From a virus: a DNA stretch of 64,000 nt. The notes below the pieces were generated by a model. That model had not been told where the DNA came from. It made no database searches and was given only the letters and a program-made list of their open reading frames with translations. The stretch is taken from IMG/VR virus record IMGVR_UViG_3300045988_159421; one strand, 5' to 3'. Every line of letters begins with the position of its first letter. Positions within the stretch are counted from its first letter, which is position 1. Shown piece after piece: positions 18,179 to 27,034 of this stretch. Made by a program: the position numbers and the translations under genes.

Positions 18179-19093
18179 TTATTTAAAAAAACAATAATTT
18201 ATTATTTCTCTTATTTCTTCTGTGTTGTTTCCTCCCCAAATTACGAGAGGATTTATTATATAATAATCTTTTGTTTTTTCTCCTGCATATACTTTTGAGT
18301 ATGCAAATAAATAATATTTATGCCCATCTACCTTTATATGAAATTTTCTCAAACTGTCTCTAAAAAGATACATTGAATTTTGTTTTGTACTTAACCCTAA
18401 TAATTCACAAATATCTTTTAAACTTAATTTATCTAGCCTTCCAATATCAACTTCCAAAGGATTTTTACATAATATATTTAATTTCCAATTTGCATAAGGT
18501 ATTAATTGAAATACATAGGATAAAGTTTTATGCTGCCTAATTGTAGTATGTTCATACAAATATCTAGTTGTATTAATCATTATTCTTACATACTCTTTAT
18601 TTTTATAAAAATTTTCACCTTTACTAAAATACTTAGGATTTAGATAAAACTTTTCTTCTACTTCAAAAATAAGATTGTGTTTTTTCATATCACTTAAAAA
18701 AGCTAAAAAAGCATCTCTTTTTAATCCTAGTTTTTGTTGAATCTCTTTCTTTGTCATATGCTCTACTTTATTGTTTTTTTTATGTAATATAAGCAAATTT
18801 TCTTTTCTGTCATTATAATCAATATATGTAGCTAAATAAATTATTCTTGCTATATTAGCTCTGTCAATATCCAAATCGTAGAAAAGTAACTTTTTATTTA
18901 CATAAAACATATGAACAAAGCCTCCTTGCTTGTTGCAATACTTCTTTAAATCATTTTTTCTATTAATTAATCTTTTCTGTTTCGGAGTTAACTTTTTAGA
19001 TTGTTTCTGAATAACTAACTCTTCATCATTTTCTATTTTAAAATTATCTAGGAGATCTTCTGTTTCTGAGTTTACTATTAAAACATCTTTCAT
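18179..19093 (-). CDS. hypothetical winged-helix-like protein, divergent from the csf operon
   Basis: The likely start is ATG 19093 with RBS AAAAGGAGAT (track ORF starts further upstream at 19159). No firm motif. Followed by a terminator at about 18153-18185. Confidence 0.4.
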   Translation of the reverse strand: MKDVLIVNSETEDLLDNFKIENDEELVIQKQSKKLTPKQKRLINRKNDLKKYCNKQGGFVHMFYVNKKLLFYDLDIDRANIARIIYLATYIDYNDRKENLLILHKKNNKVEHMTKKEIQQKLGLKRDAFLAFLSDMKKHNLIFEVEEKFYLNPKYFSKGENFYKNKEYVRIMINTTRYLYEHTTIRQHKTLSYVFQLIPYANWKLNILCKNPLEVDIGRLDKLSLKDICELLGLSTKQNSMYLFRDSLRKFHIKVDGHKYYLFAYSKVYAGEKTKDYYIINPLVIWGGNNTEEIREIINYCFFK

Positions 19094-19275
19094 TTCACAT
19101 ATCTCCTTTTTCAAAATAAAAAAGACAGTCCTGAAAAGACTGCCTTTACTTTGATACAATTAATGCATCTTAATATAATTATAGCATACTTTTTTTAAGT
19201 TTTAAATGAATTTTAAATACAATGTTTTAATTTAATCAAGTTTTAATAAATAGCAAATTTTTGGTAATTTAAGCA

Positions 19276-19284
19276 TGTTATAAT
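19276..19284 (+). promoter_or_regulatory. extended -10 element (TGTTATAAT) upstream of the csf operon
   Basis: TGTTATAAT lies about 26 nt upstream of the GTG start. RBS AAAGGAGGTG at 19291-19300. The -35 is weak. Confidence 0.4.
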
Positions 19285-19309
19285 TGAAATAAAGGAGGTG
19301 TAACATTAA

Positions 19310-20044
19310 GTGAATAATACACAAATATTAGCTAAACACTGTAAAAAAGTTGAAGTAAAAGAACTTAAAGAAAAAGATAATTGTTTTTTGTGTGGTTGTG
19401 AAATAAAAAAAGGTATTCCTGTAAAAAAAGTTATCAGTAGTAATTTTACAAACTTTGAATTCTGTAAAAATATAAATGGTAATAATTGCTGTCAAGATTG
19501 TGCATCAACTATAAAAAATGCTGATTTAAGAAAAAATAGCTTTGTTGCGGATAAAGATAATCTGTATTTGCTAAAGAAAAACGATATAGAGAATTATTTA
19601 TTTGACTTAGACAAATATGTAAAAGGTGAATTCGTAGTAGGCATTACTGTATCATTTAAAAAACATAATTCTTTTAGATGCAGAGTCAATCAAGACACTT
19701 TGAAGTATTATATAAGACAAGAAGACAAAGAATTTCTGTTTGATGTAAAAGAAATGAAATATTTGTATAGCAAACTTAATGAGGCTTATTTGCAATTTTC
19801 AAAAGATGAAATATTATCAGGAAACTATTCAACTATTGCTATTGAACAATTTGGATTAGATAAATTTATCGAATATGAAACTTTATTTAGAAAATACAGA
19901 AAATCATATCAATTTGAGCTACTTGTATATATTCTAAATTCAGAACGTAGAAATGAATATATAAAACAAAAACAGAAAGAACAAAAAGAACAAGCAGCTA
20001 AATTAAAAGCTATTAAAAAGCAATCTAAAAAAGGGGGAAAATAA
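19310..20044 (+). CDS. csf1: Csf1-like type IV large subunit (Zn-finger protein)
   Basis: 244 aa, GTG start after a strong RBS. Cys clusters CFLCGC and CCQDC about 35 aa apart. First gene of an operon with Cas11-, Cas7- and Cas5-like genes. Confidence 0.55.
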   Translation: MNNTQILAKHCKKVEVKELKEKDNCFLCGCEIKKGIPVKKVISSNFTNFEFCKNINGNNCCQDCASTIKNADLRKNSFVADKDNLYLLKKNDIENYLFDLDKYVKGEFVVGITVSFKKHNSFRCRVNQDTLKYYIRQEDKEFLFDVKEMKYLYSKLNEAYLQFSKDEILSGNYSTIAIEQFGLDKFIEYETLFRKYRKSYQFELLVYILNSERRNEYIKQKQKEQKEQAAKLKAIKKQSKKGGK

Positions 20045-20045
20045 T

Positions 20046-20420
20046 ATGGATAAAAACATACAACAATATTGTGTTTCAACATTATCTGAAATTTGGGCGC
20101 AAATAGATTGGGATAAAGTAAAAGGTAGCAGAGCACTTGGTATTTGGGATGAATTTACAGCTAAAGTAAAATCTACTGCTATGACTACTACTAGTTATGA
20201 AACTTTTGTAGAAAAACTTTGTAGAAAAATGGACGTAAGAAGTTTAAGATTTGCTATGATTAGTGAAATTTCAGAATTGAGCGAAGATATAAAAAAACAA
20301 ATATTAAAATGTTTTAGATCAGAAACTCAAATTATAATTTTGAAACTTAGACTTCAAAATCAAATAAGAAAAGAACAAATGCAAAGAGAAAAAGAAGCAG
20401 CTGCAAATAAGGAGGATTAG
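20046..20420 (+). CDS. cas11: Cas11-like small subunit
   Basis: 124 aa, predicted all-helical and charged. Starts 1 nt after the csf1 stop. Position matches type IV cas11. Confidence 0.45.
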   Translation: MDKNIQQYCVSTLSEIWAQIDWDKVKGSRALGIWDEFTAKVKSTAMTTTSYETFVEKLCRKMDVRSLRFAMISEISELSEDIKKQILKCFRSETQIIILKLRLQNQIRKEQMQREKEAAANKED

Positions 20421-20423
20421 AGA

Positions 20424-21254
20424 ATGAAAAAAGATATAACATTAAAATTGTTAAGCCCGCTTATGCATTATGGGGACGAAAGAATGGGTACTATGCAAGT
20501 AGCTAGATGTATGAAATTTGAATATAACGGAGAATTTATAGATATACCAGTTTATAGTGGAAATGCTTTTAGAGGAATTATGAGACGTATTGCAATGAGA
20601 GATTTCTTAGAAAAAATAGACATAGCAGAAGAAGGCATAAGTCCTAAATTATATTATTTACTTTTCACAGGTGGAACTCTTACAGGAGGCGGGCGCTTTT
20701 GTGAAATAGGTGAAAAAAGAGAAATGAGACGTTTATGTATTCCACTTAGTTTATTTGGAAGTGCAATTGGAGATCAAATTCCAGAAGGTAAAATGAAAGT
20801 CGGAATTTTCAAACCTATTTGCCAAGAAACAGCTGAGTATACAGGGAAACCTAGTAATGTATCTTTTTATGACATGTTAGATGAAATATTCTATACTAGA
20901 CACGATGATCTAAAATGCACTAATTATGATTTAATAAAAGATTCAGAAGATAAAAAGGATAAAAAAGATAATCCTGTTCAAATGAAATATGAAATGCAAG
21001 CATTAAGTGCTGGAACTAACTTAGTTTCTTCAATTGTAATAGAAAATTCTAATGACATAGAAGAATCTTGCTTAGAATCTATAATAGAAAAATTCAAAGA
21101 AATGCCTTTTATAGGTGGTAAAAGTGCTACAGGACATGGTGAAGTTGAAGTATTTTATGAAGGTAAAAAAGGTTCTGAGTTATATTATAATCATCTAGAA
21201 CAAAACAAAGATGAAATAAGGGAATGGCTTAGAAATTTAGAAGGGAAATTATAA
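20424..21254 (+). CDS. csf2: Csf2 (type IV Cas7) RAMP backbone protein
   Basis: N-terminal strand ITLKLLSPLMHYG, motif IPVYSGNAFRGIMRR, and C-terminal glycine-rich loop FIGGKSATGHGEVEV. These are classic RAMP/Cas7 signatures. Confidence 0.65.
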   Translation: MKKDITLKLLSPLMHYGDERMGTMQVARCMKFEYNGEFIDIPVYSGNAFRGIMRRIAMRDFLEKIDIAEEGISPKLYYLLFTGGTLTGGGRFCEIGEKREMRRLCIPLSLFGSAIGDQIPEGKMKVGIFKPICQETAEYTGKPSNVSFYDMLDEIFYTRHDDLKCTNYDLIKDSEDKKDKKDNPVQMKYEMQALSAGTNLVSSIVIENSNDIEESCLESIIEKFKEMPFIGGKSATGHGEVEVFYEGKKGSELYYNHLEQNKDEIREWLRNLEGKL

Positions 21255-21256
21255 AA

Positions 21257-22045
21257 ATGACACTTGATAATTTCTTAGAAATAGGTTCAATATGGTCTGC
21301 CTCTAATCAATTTCTCAGAAAATTACAAAACTCAAAAGAAATTGTTAAAGAACAACTATTAAAATATGATAAACCGTATATTTGTTTAAGTGGTGGTAAA
21401 GATAGTGTTGTAATGGCCTTTTTAATTGCTGATGTAATACAACATGATATAAAAGATTATAAAGGAGATATTATATTGTGGGGGCATGTTAGTGATGCAT
21501 CTTATCCAGGAACAATTGAAACTATGGAAAAAGTATCTAGTCAAACTGGAATAAAACTTGTTCTAGATACTTCTCCAGTATCTGCTTTTGAAGTTTTGGA
21601 CGATTCTGTTGTAAAGCAATTCGGTAAACAAGGTTATTTCTTTGATGCTATAGAAAATTGTATAAATACTTACGAAAGAAATTTAAGTTTTATAGGTGTA
21701 AGAGCATATGAAAGTAGAAGAAGGATGAGAGCAGTAAAAGCTCATGGTATGACTTTTACTTCTAATGTACCTACATTCTGTAATATATGCTATCCTCTTG
21801 CTTGGTATAAACTAGAGGACGTTGCAGCATTAACTTATATGTATAATACTCCTATTCACCCTGTTTACTCAAAAGTAGATACTAGATTAAAATATAGTTG
21901 CACAGATGAAGGCTGGATAAGACTAGGTTATTTAACTGCTAAAGATTTGTTAAATCAAGGTTCTGCAGTATTTATAAAAAGAAATTATCCTGAGCAGTTT
22001 GAAAAGTTAGCTCAACATTATCCTGAAATAAGGAACTATATTTAA
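21257..22045 (+). CDS. cysH: CysH-like PAPS reductase/PP-loop ATP pyrophosphatase family protein
   Basis: PP-loop motif CLSGGKDSVV near residue 44. 262 aa. Embedded between the cas7-like and cas5-like genes. Confidence 0.7.
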   Translation: MTLDNFLEIGSIWSASNQFLRKLQNSKEIVKEQLLKYDKPYICLSGGKDSVVMAFLIADVIQHDIKDYKGDIILWGHVSDASYPGTIETMEKVSSQTGIKLVLDTSPVSAFEVLDDSVVKQFGKQGYFFDAIENCINTYERNLSFIGVRAYESRRRMRAVKAHGMTFTSNVPTFCNICYPLAWYKLEDVAALTYMYNTPIHPVYSKVDTRLKYSCTDEGWIRLGYLTAKDLLNQGSAVFIKRNYPEQFEKLAQHYPEIRNYI

Positions 22046-22062
22046 AAGGGGGTTGAAAATAT

Positions 22063-22764
22063 ATGTTTAAAAACTTCAAAGTAATAGCACATTTAGGAAG
22101 CCCTCTTTGTGCTATAGATGATATCATATTAGATTCTGTTATAAGTGCTGCAATGTACAAAGATTTACTTAAAGATGACTATTATTTTGGTTCAAATAAG
22201 TACGGAACAAAAGAACAAATAGATAGTATGCTATCAACAATATTAGATAAGCAATATGGCATTTATTGTACAAGTTATGGTTTTGGAAATGACAGAGAAA
22301 CTATTTCTAGTTGGTCCAAAAGGTTTGATGTAAAGAATGATGATCTAATAAAATTTACTGGAAAAGCTAAACATAGAGTTGACTTAGGAGCTGGATACTT
22401 TAAAAATTATCATATACCTATAGTTTTAAAGTCAGTAAAGACTTTGACTTTCTATGTTAGAGGTGATATGGAAAGAATTAAATATTTATTAGAAAATTAT
22501 ATTTTTTACCTTGGCAAAAAACCTTCACAAGGTTACGGAGAAATTAGATATTGGGAATTTGAAGAAATTAAAGATAATATAAGTGTATTAAATAAAGAAA
22601 ATAAAAATATGAGAAATATTCCTTTTGATGAAATTAGTGATATACTCGAACAAAATGCTAGTACGAGTAAAAACAAATCAGAAGATTTTACATTTAATCT
22701 AAAAAAAATGCCAGTAATCCCACCTTATTGGAGACCAGATTGTAAAAAAGTTTGTGTGGTATAA
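22063..22764 (+). CDS. csf3: Csf3 (type IV Cas5) RAMP protein
   Basis: N-terminus VIAHLGSPLCAIDDIILDSVISAAM (the xPLxLDxxLxxA pattern of Csf3/Cas5) and glycine-rich loop LGKKPSQGYGEI. Confidence 0.6.
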   Translation: MFKNFKVIAHLGSPLCAIDDIILDSVISAAMYKDLLKDDYYFGSNKYGTKEQIDSMLSTILDKQYGIYCTSYGFGNDRETISSWSKRFDVKNDDLIKFTGKAKHRVDLGAGYFKNYHIPIVLKSVKTLTFYVRGDMERIKYLLENYIFYLGKKPSQGYGEIRYWEFEEIKDNISVLNKENKNMRNIPFDEISDILEQNASTSKNKSEDFTFNLKKMPVIPPYWRPDCKKVCVV

Positions 22765-22772
22765 AATAAAAA

Positions 22773-22801
22773 GCTAGGAGACTTAAAGCCTCTTAGCTTT
22801 C
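22773..22801. terminator. hairpin terminator between convergent csf3 and ORF 22793..23035
   Basis: AAGCTAGGAG...CCTCTTAGCTT imperfect hairpin followed by TCTTT. Confidence 0.4.
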
Positions 22802-23035
22802 TTTACATTCATTTTCAATTATTCTATAAATATGTTCAGCCAACATTCTTTTACTTGGCTTACTAAGAAAAGTATCATATCTGTATAGAACTTTCTTACT
22901 TTTTAATAAATCAGAAATAACCATTCCTATTTCTATATTTCCGTTATTATAAATAATTCCCATTAAATAATCATCTTCTAAATCACAAAATTCTTTTGCA
23001 ATTTCATAGCATTTTCTTTTTGATATTTTTTTCAT
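22793..23035 (-). CDS. hypothetical protein
   Basis: 80-aa ORF with an RBS. Confidence 0.4.
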   Translation of the reverse strand: MKKISKRKCYEIAKEFCDLEDDYLMGIIYNNGNIEIGMVISDLLKSKKVLYRYDTFLSKPSKRMLAEHIYRIIENECKES

Positions 23036-23047
23036 ACTATTTCTCCT

Positions 23048-23500
23048 TTACTCTGATTCAACACAATCGAAATGTCTAAACATTTCAGTTGCTTTTTCTT
23101 TGTTTTCTTCACTTTCTTTTACAAATCTTAATAAACCACCTACAAAGTAATCAAAATCTCTCCAACCATCTTCGTCATGGTAACAATGTAAAAATGTATG
23201 TTTTTTACTTTCATCTAAATAAAATCTTACTTCATATATATTTTTTCCTACGTCTGCTGAATGATGTGTAATTTCTTTTGTAAAGTTATTTTCTAGATAT
23301 TTATATATATCCCATTTGTTAACTTCGTTAAAGAATTTTTTTCTATTTATTACTGTCATTTTCTTTTCCCCTTCCTTTTTACCTTCTTGAGCTAAGAAAG
23401 ATAAACATAAACCTAATTGAGCTTGATAATCTACTTCTGGATATTGTTCTTTTATTTCCTTTGTCATTTTATGAGCTTCTTTCATTAAATTTCTTTTCAT
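23048..23500 (-). CDS. hypothetical protein
   Basis: 150-aa ORF downstream of a strong promoter (23538-23575). Confidence 0.45.
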   Translation of the reverse strand: MKRNLMKEAHKMTKEIKEQYPEVDYQAQLGLCLSFLAQEGKKEGEKKMTVINRKKFFNEVNKWDIYKYLENNFTKEITHHSADVGKNIYEVRFYLDESKKHTFLHCYHDEDGWRDFDYFVGGLLRFVKESEENKEKATEMFRHFDCVESE

Positions 23501-23537
23501 CTTTCTTACCCCTTTTCTTATTATTTATTATACTTAT

Positions 23538-23575
23538 ATTGTATATTAACCCCCGTTTATTGTCAACCTTATTTT
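23538..23575 (-). promoter_or_regulatory. strong sigma-A promoter (TTGACA-N17-TACAAT), copy 1 of a duplicated 25-nt promoter block
   Basis: Minus strand AAAATAAGGTTGACAATAAACGGGG... shared with 26095-26119. Confidence 0.55.
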
Positions 23576-23595
23576 TAATTTTTTATTTTTCTCAT

Positions 23596-23637
23596 AAAAA
23601 TAGACTAGAACTATCAGTTTTACTCTAATTCTAGTCT
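23596..23637 (-). terminator. intrinsic terminator after ORF 23648..23992
   Basis: AGACTAGAA...TTCTAGTCT hairpin followed by ATTTTT on the minus strand. Confidence 0.55.
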
Positions 23638-23647
23638 TATATTGATT

Positions 23648-23992
23648 TTAATTTTCCATTTTTCTTATAATTATTCTATCTCTATCAAATGATAACTCTA
23701 TCTTTCTGTTTTCTTCATTGATTCCTAATTCATTTAACCAACTTTTAGGAATTGATGATACTCTAGCAGATGTATTTTTAAACTCTGCTAATACGACTTT
23801 GTTTTTTATTAATTCAAAGAGTTTAACTCCTAGAATTTCCTCCAGTTGTTTTAAAGTTTCTGGTCTTGGAGTTCTATCTCCTCTTTCATATTTTTTTATA
23901 GTATCTACAGATACTTCTAACAACTCAGCAAGTCCTTTTTGAGTTAATCCCTTTTCTTTTCTTGCTGTTTTTATTTTTTCACCCATTGTCAT
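23648..23992 (-). CDS. XRE-family HTH fused to an AbrB/SpoVT-like C-terminal domain
   Basis: N-terminus MGEKIKTARKEKGLTQKGLAELLEVSVDTIKKYERG. C-terminus IPKSWLNELGINEENRKIELSFDRDRIIIRK is swapped-hairpin-like. Confidence 0.55.
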   Translation of the reverse strand: MTMGEKIKTARKEKGLTQKGLAELLEVSVDTIKKYERGDRTPRPETLKQLEEILGVKLFELIKNKVVLAEFKNTSARVSSIPKSWLNELGINEENRKIELSFDRDRIIIRKMEN

Positions 23993-25440
23993 TGTTCTAT
24001 CTCCTTTTCTATTTCTCTTAGAATTCTATCTCTATTTGTAGTATTTATATATCTTATTTTACTGTTTTTATCCTTATTTTCTATAACTTTATAGTACATA
24101 CCATGAGAATTTACTTTTGTATTTATGAATATGTAATTTTTACCTTTAAGTAAAGCAACATCAAAGTTTTCTACACCTGCAGCAATAAAGGTCCAATTAG
24201 GTAAAACTTCCTTCATTGTATTGATCCAGTTATTAGTTCCACCAAAACAAATAGCATTCAAATTATTTAACTTATCTATATCGACCTCATTATTAGTAGG
24301 CGGAGTATCTTCACAATTAGATAAATTAAACATTAAATTTCGTAACTGATGTAATTCATCTTCTACATCTGGTTGATTTTCGATAGATTTTAATAAGTGA
24401 TTATTTTTCTTTTCTAATCGAGTATTTTCTTCAACTAGTTTCTTAATCTCTTCGTCTAATTGTTTTTTTAGACGGGCATTTTCTTGTTTTAAGTCGTTAT
24501 TTTCTTTTCTTACTCGACTTAATTCAGATTCTTTTTTCTCTATTAATTCTTTTAAATCCTCATTTAAATTAGAAAAACAATATCTTTTAGCTTCTTTATA
24601 TGCTTTAAGTAAATATCTAATTTGTAAAGCAGGACCTAAAAATTTATATAATTCTTTATAGTCCATTTCTTTATGTGTTAAATTCCAACAACAAATTAAT
24701 TCTTGAATTTCTTTATCTTTTAGTTCGTTATTTATCAAAGAAGGTAATGCTATATCCTCTAGATCATAAATATATTCAAACGAAACATTAAATATTTGTT
24801 CTTCTGTCATTTTTTCAAGCATAATTTTACCTTCTTCTAAAATTACATAAGTAAATCCGTTAAAATTAAATTCTGGATATATGTTTTTAAATTTAAGTTC
24901 GATATCTTTTAACTCTTTTTTATCTTCTTTACTTATATTTTTATATAAAATTGGATAATCTTTTGCAAGATATTCATTTCTGACTAATAGTGAATTACAA
25001 AAGTCTTGGTATAATCCATCATGAAAATTAATTTCTTTACCTTCTAATTGTGCTAAAACAAGTACCGCTAATAAAAATCCATCTATTTCGTTATTTTTAA
25101 AAAATTTAGGATTATTTTGCTTTAAAAAATCACTCAAATTGACAATATTAGAGTTTTTAACTAATTGATTTGACTTTTTATAAGTCATTCTTAAAAGCCA
25201 TGATGTGTTTTTTACATCATCATCTAAAATAATTCCCAATGCTTTTTTAAAATAAAACTCTTGTTCAATCGTTCCATCAAGCTCGATTTTGTAATATTTA
25301 TGATTTCTAGCTAATTTAAGGTATTTCTCTTTATTTTGACTATATAGCTTATCTATATGTTTATAAGCTATTTTACTTGTTGCTAAAACTTCACATAAAA
25401 AATACGTGATATCTAATTCCATTCCCTTTCCTTCTTGCAT
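23989..25440 (-). CDS. large coiled-coil protein with a DUF2325-like C-terminus
   Basis: 483 aa. Long heptad region (ELSRVRKENNDLKQENARLKKQLDEEIKKLVEENTRLEKK). C-terminus ICFGGTNNW...IFINTKVNSHGMYYKV. The stop overlaps the start of the next gene. Confidence 0.45.
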   Translation of the reverse strand: MQEGKGMELDITYFLCEVLATSKIAYKHIDKLYSQNKEKYLKLARNHKYYKIELDGTIEQEFYFKKALGIILDDDVKNTSWLLRMTYKKSNQLVKNSNIVNLSDFLKQNNPKFFKNNEIDGFLLAVLVLAQLEGKEINFHDGLYQDFCNSLLVRNEYLAKDYPILYKNISKEDKKELKDIELKFKNIYPEFNFNGFTYVILEEGKIMLEKMTEEQIFNVSFEYIYDLEDIALPSLINNELKDKEIQELICCWNLTHKEMDYKELYKFLGPALQIRYLLKAYKEAKRYCFSNLNEDLKELIEKKESELSRVRKENNDLKQENARLKKQLDEEIKKLVEENTRLEKKNNHLLKSIENQPDVEDELHQLRNLMFNLSNCEDTPPTNNEVDIDKLNNLNAICFGGTNNWINTMKEVLPNWTFIAAGVENFDVALLKGKNYIFINTKVNSHGMYYKVIENKDKNSKIRYINTTNRDRILREIEKEIEQ

Positions 25441-25817
25441 GTTTTATACCTCCAGTCTCCTTATAGATGCTAAAAGCCCAGCTTTCGCTAGGCTACATTC
25501 TTTTTGTAAAACAACTACAACCTCCAGGAACTAAAGTTCCTTTCTTTGTGCATTTTGCACTTAACATAGATGCTAAATAATAATACTTACATATAAAACA
25601 TTTACTGTATTTACTCATATAAATCTCCTTTCCTCCCACCCTTATATTAAGACGAGTATTATAGTGGGTTCGCCTTTATATTATTTATTTTACTTTCATA
25701 ACACAATTAAATCATGTCAGAAAGTGTGCCTTTTCTCCTATCGCCAATTTACAAGGGCTTTAGACCTTTACCTTTCGGTAGCTGGTTTAGAGAAGGAGCA
25801 AATGCTCCTTGTTGTTA

Positions 25818-26042
25818 TTATGCTAAATATTCATCAACTGTTGCTGGAAAGTCATATCCATATGGTCTTTCTACTATGTTATCAAGTATTTCTTGTTCTA
25901 CATCATCTGCTACAACTCCAAATAAATCTCCATCTTCGTCATAAACTAAATCGTATTCGATTTCTCCTGATACCCAATCATACGTTTTTATGTTTTCTTC
26001 CATTTCTACTATACTTCCATTCATTTTTTGTACTTTCATCAT
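25818..26042 (-). CDS. small acidic hypothetical protein
   Basis: 74-aa ORF downstream of the promoter at 26082-26119. Confidence 0.4.
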   Translation of the reverse strand: MMKVQKMNGSIVEMEENIKTYDWVSGEIEYDLVYDEDGDLFGVVADDVEQEILDNIVERPYGYDFPATVDEYLA

Positions 26043-26081
26043 TTTCTTAACCCCTTTCGTTTATCTTTATCTTATATTTAT

Positions 26082-26119
26082 ATAATATATCAAACCCCGT
26101 TTATTGTCAACCTTATTTT
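26082..26119 (-). promoter_or_regulatory. sigma-A promoter (TTGACA-N17-TATTAT), copy 2 of the duplicated promoter block
   Basis: Shares the 25-nt CCCCGTTTATTGTCAACCTTATTTT (plus strand) with 23551-23575. Confidence 0.5.
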
Positions 26120-26224
26120 AAAACTTTTTCAAATTTATTTTTCGACAATAAAAAACAGGCTAGAATTAACTAACCTGTTTTCGTGAATGGGCGTTTACAT
26201 CCCTATTTTTTAAATTCATTCATA

Positions 26225-26569
26225 TTACACACCTTCAAAGCTCCAACCATTTTCTCCAACTACCTCTAAAATCTCTTTTAAAGTATAGTTCTCAAATGGA
26301 TGTCTATCATAAATCCCATGTGATATATCTTCACTATCAAAAGTGTAATTATATACAGACCAATCATAATCTTTTGCTTCTGCTTTGCTCATGCAATCTG
26401 TATCTTCTATATTTTCAAAACTTATAAAATCCCAGCAACATGGATGTACTAAGTCATGTCTAAATCCTTTCACCTTATTATATGTTATATATATTCCACT
26501 CTTAAAAAATTTAGATGATTCATACATTTCCATCAAATATTCATCACTTAGAAATTTTAATTTATCCAT
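26225..26569 (-). CDS. hypothetical protein
   Basis: 114-aa ORF overlapping the end of the dCMP deaminase gene. Confidence 0.45.
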   Translation of the reverse strand: MDKLKFLSDEYLMEMYESSKFFKSGIYITYNKVKGFRHDLVHPCCWDFISFENIEDTDCMSKAEAKDYDWSVYNYTFDSEDISHGIYDRHPFENYTLKEILEVVGENGWSFEGV

Positions 26570-27023
26570 AGTATCCCCCTTTTATATCAAAATTAACTAA
26601 TTCAATTTCTGCTTCTTCTAATATTTCACTTGATAATTCATCAGGATAATCTCCTAAATAAACTATTTTTTCTATTCCTGCATTTATACACATCTTTGCA
26701 CATAATACACAAGGTTTTGTAGTTACATATAACGTAGAATGATTTATATTAACTCCATTGTAAGCTGCTTGAATTATAGCATTTTGTTCAGCATGTAAAG
26801 CTCTACAAAGTTCATGTCTTTGTCCTGATGGTATTTTTAGTTGTTCTCTTTTGCATCCTATTTCTTCACAATGTTTTAATTTTTTAGGTGCTCCATTATA
26901 ACCAGTCGCTAGAATTTGTTTATCTTTTACAATAACTGCTCCTACTTGTCTTCTAATACAAGTTGAACGTTTCTTTACTATTTCAGCAATTTCCATAAAA
27001 TACTCATCCCATGTTGGTCTCAT
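26562..27023 (-). CDS. dCMP deaminase (ComEB/CDA family)
   Basis: Zinc motifs HAEQNAI and PCVLCAKM. 153 aa. Confidence 0.85.
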   Translation of the reverse strand: MRPTWDEYFMEIAEIVKKRSTCIRRQVGAVIVKDKQILATGYNGAPKKLKHCEEIGCKREQLKIPSGQRHELCRALHAEQNAIIQAAYNGVNINHSTLYVTTKPCVLCAKMCINAGIEKIVYLGDYPDELSSEILEEAEIELVNFDIKGGYYG

Positions 27024-27034
27024 AATTATTTCTC

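Noticed and set aside
25664-26050. + strand ORFs of 128 aa and 76 aa opposite the 74-aa minus-strand gene and its leader
   Set aside because: They have no RBS and a low-complexity, hydrophobic, His/Leu-rich composition. The minus-strand gene has a consensus promoter and RBS.
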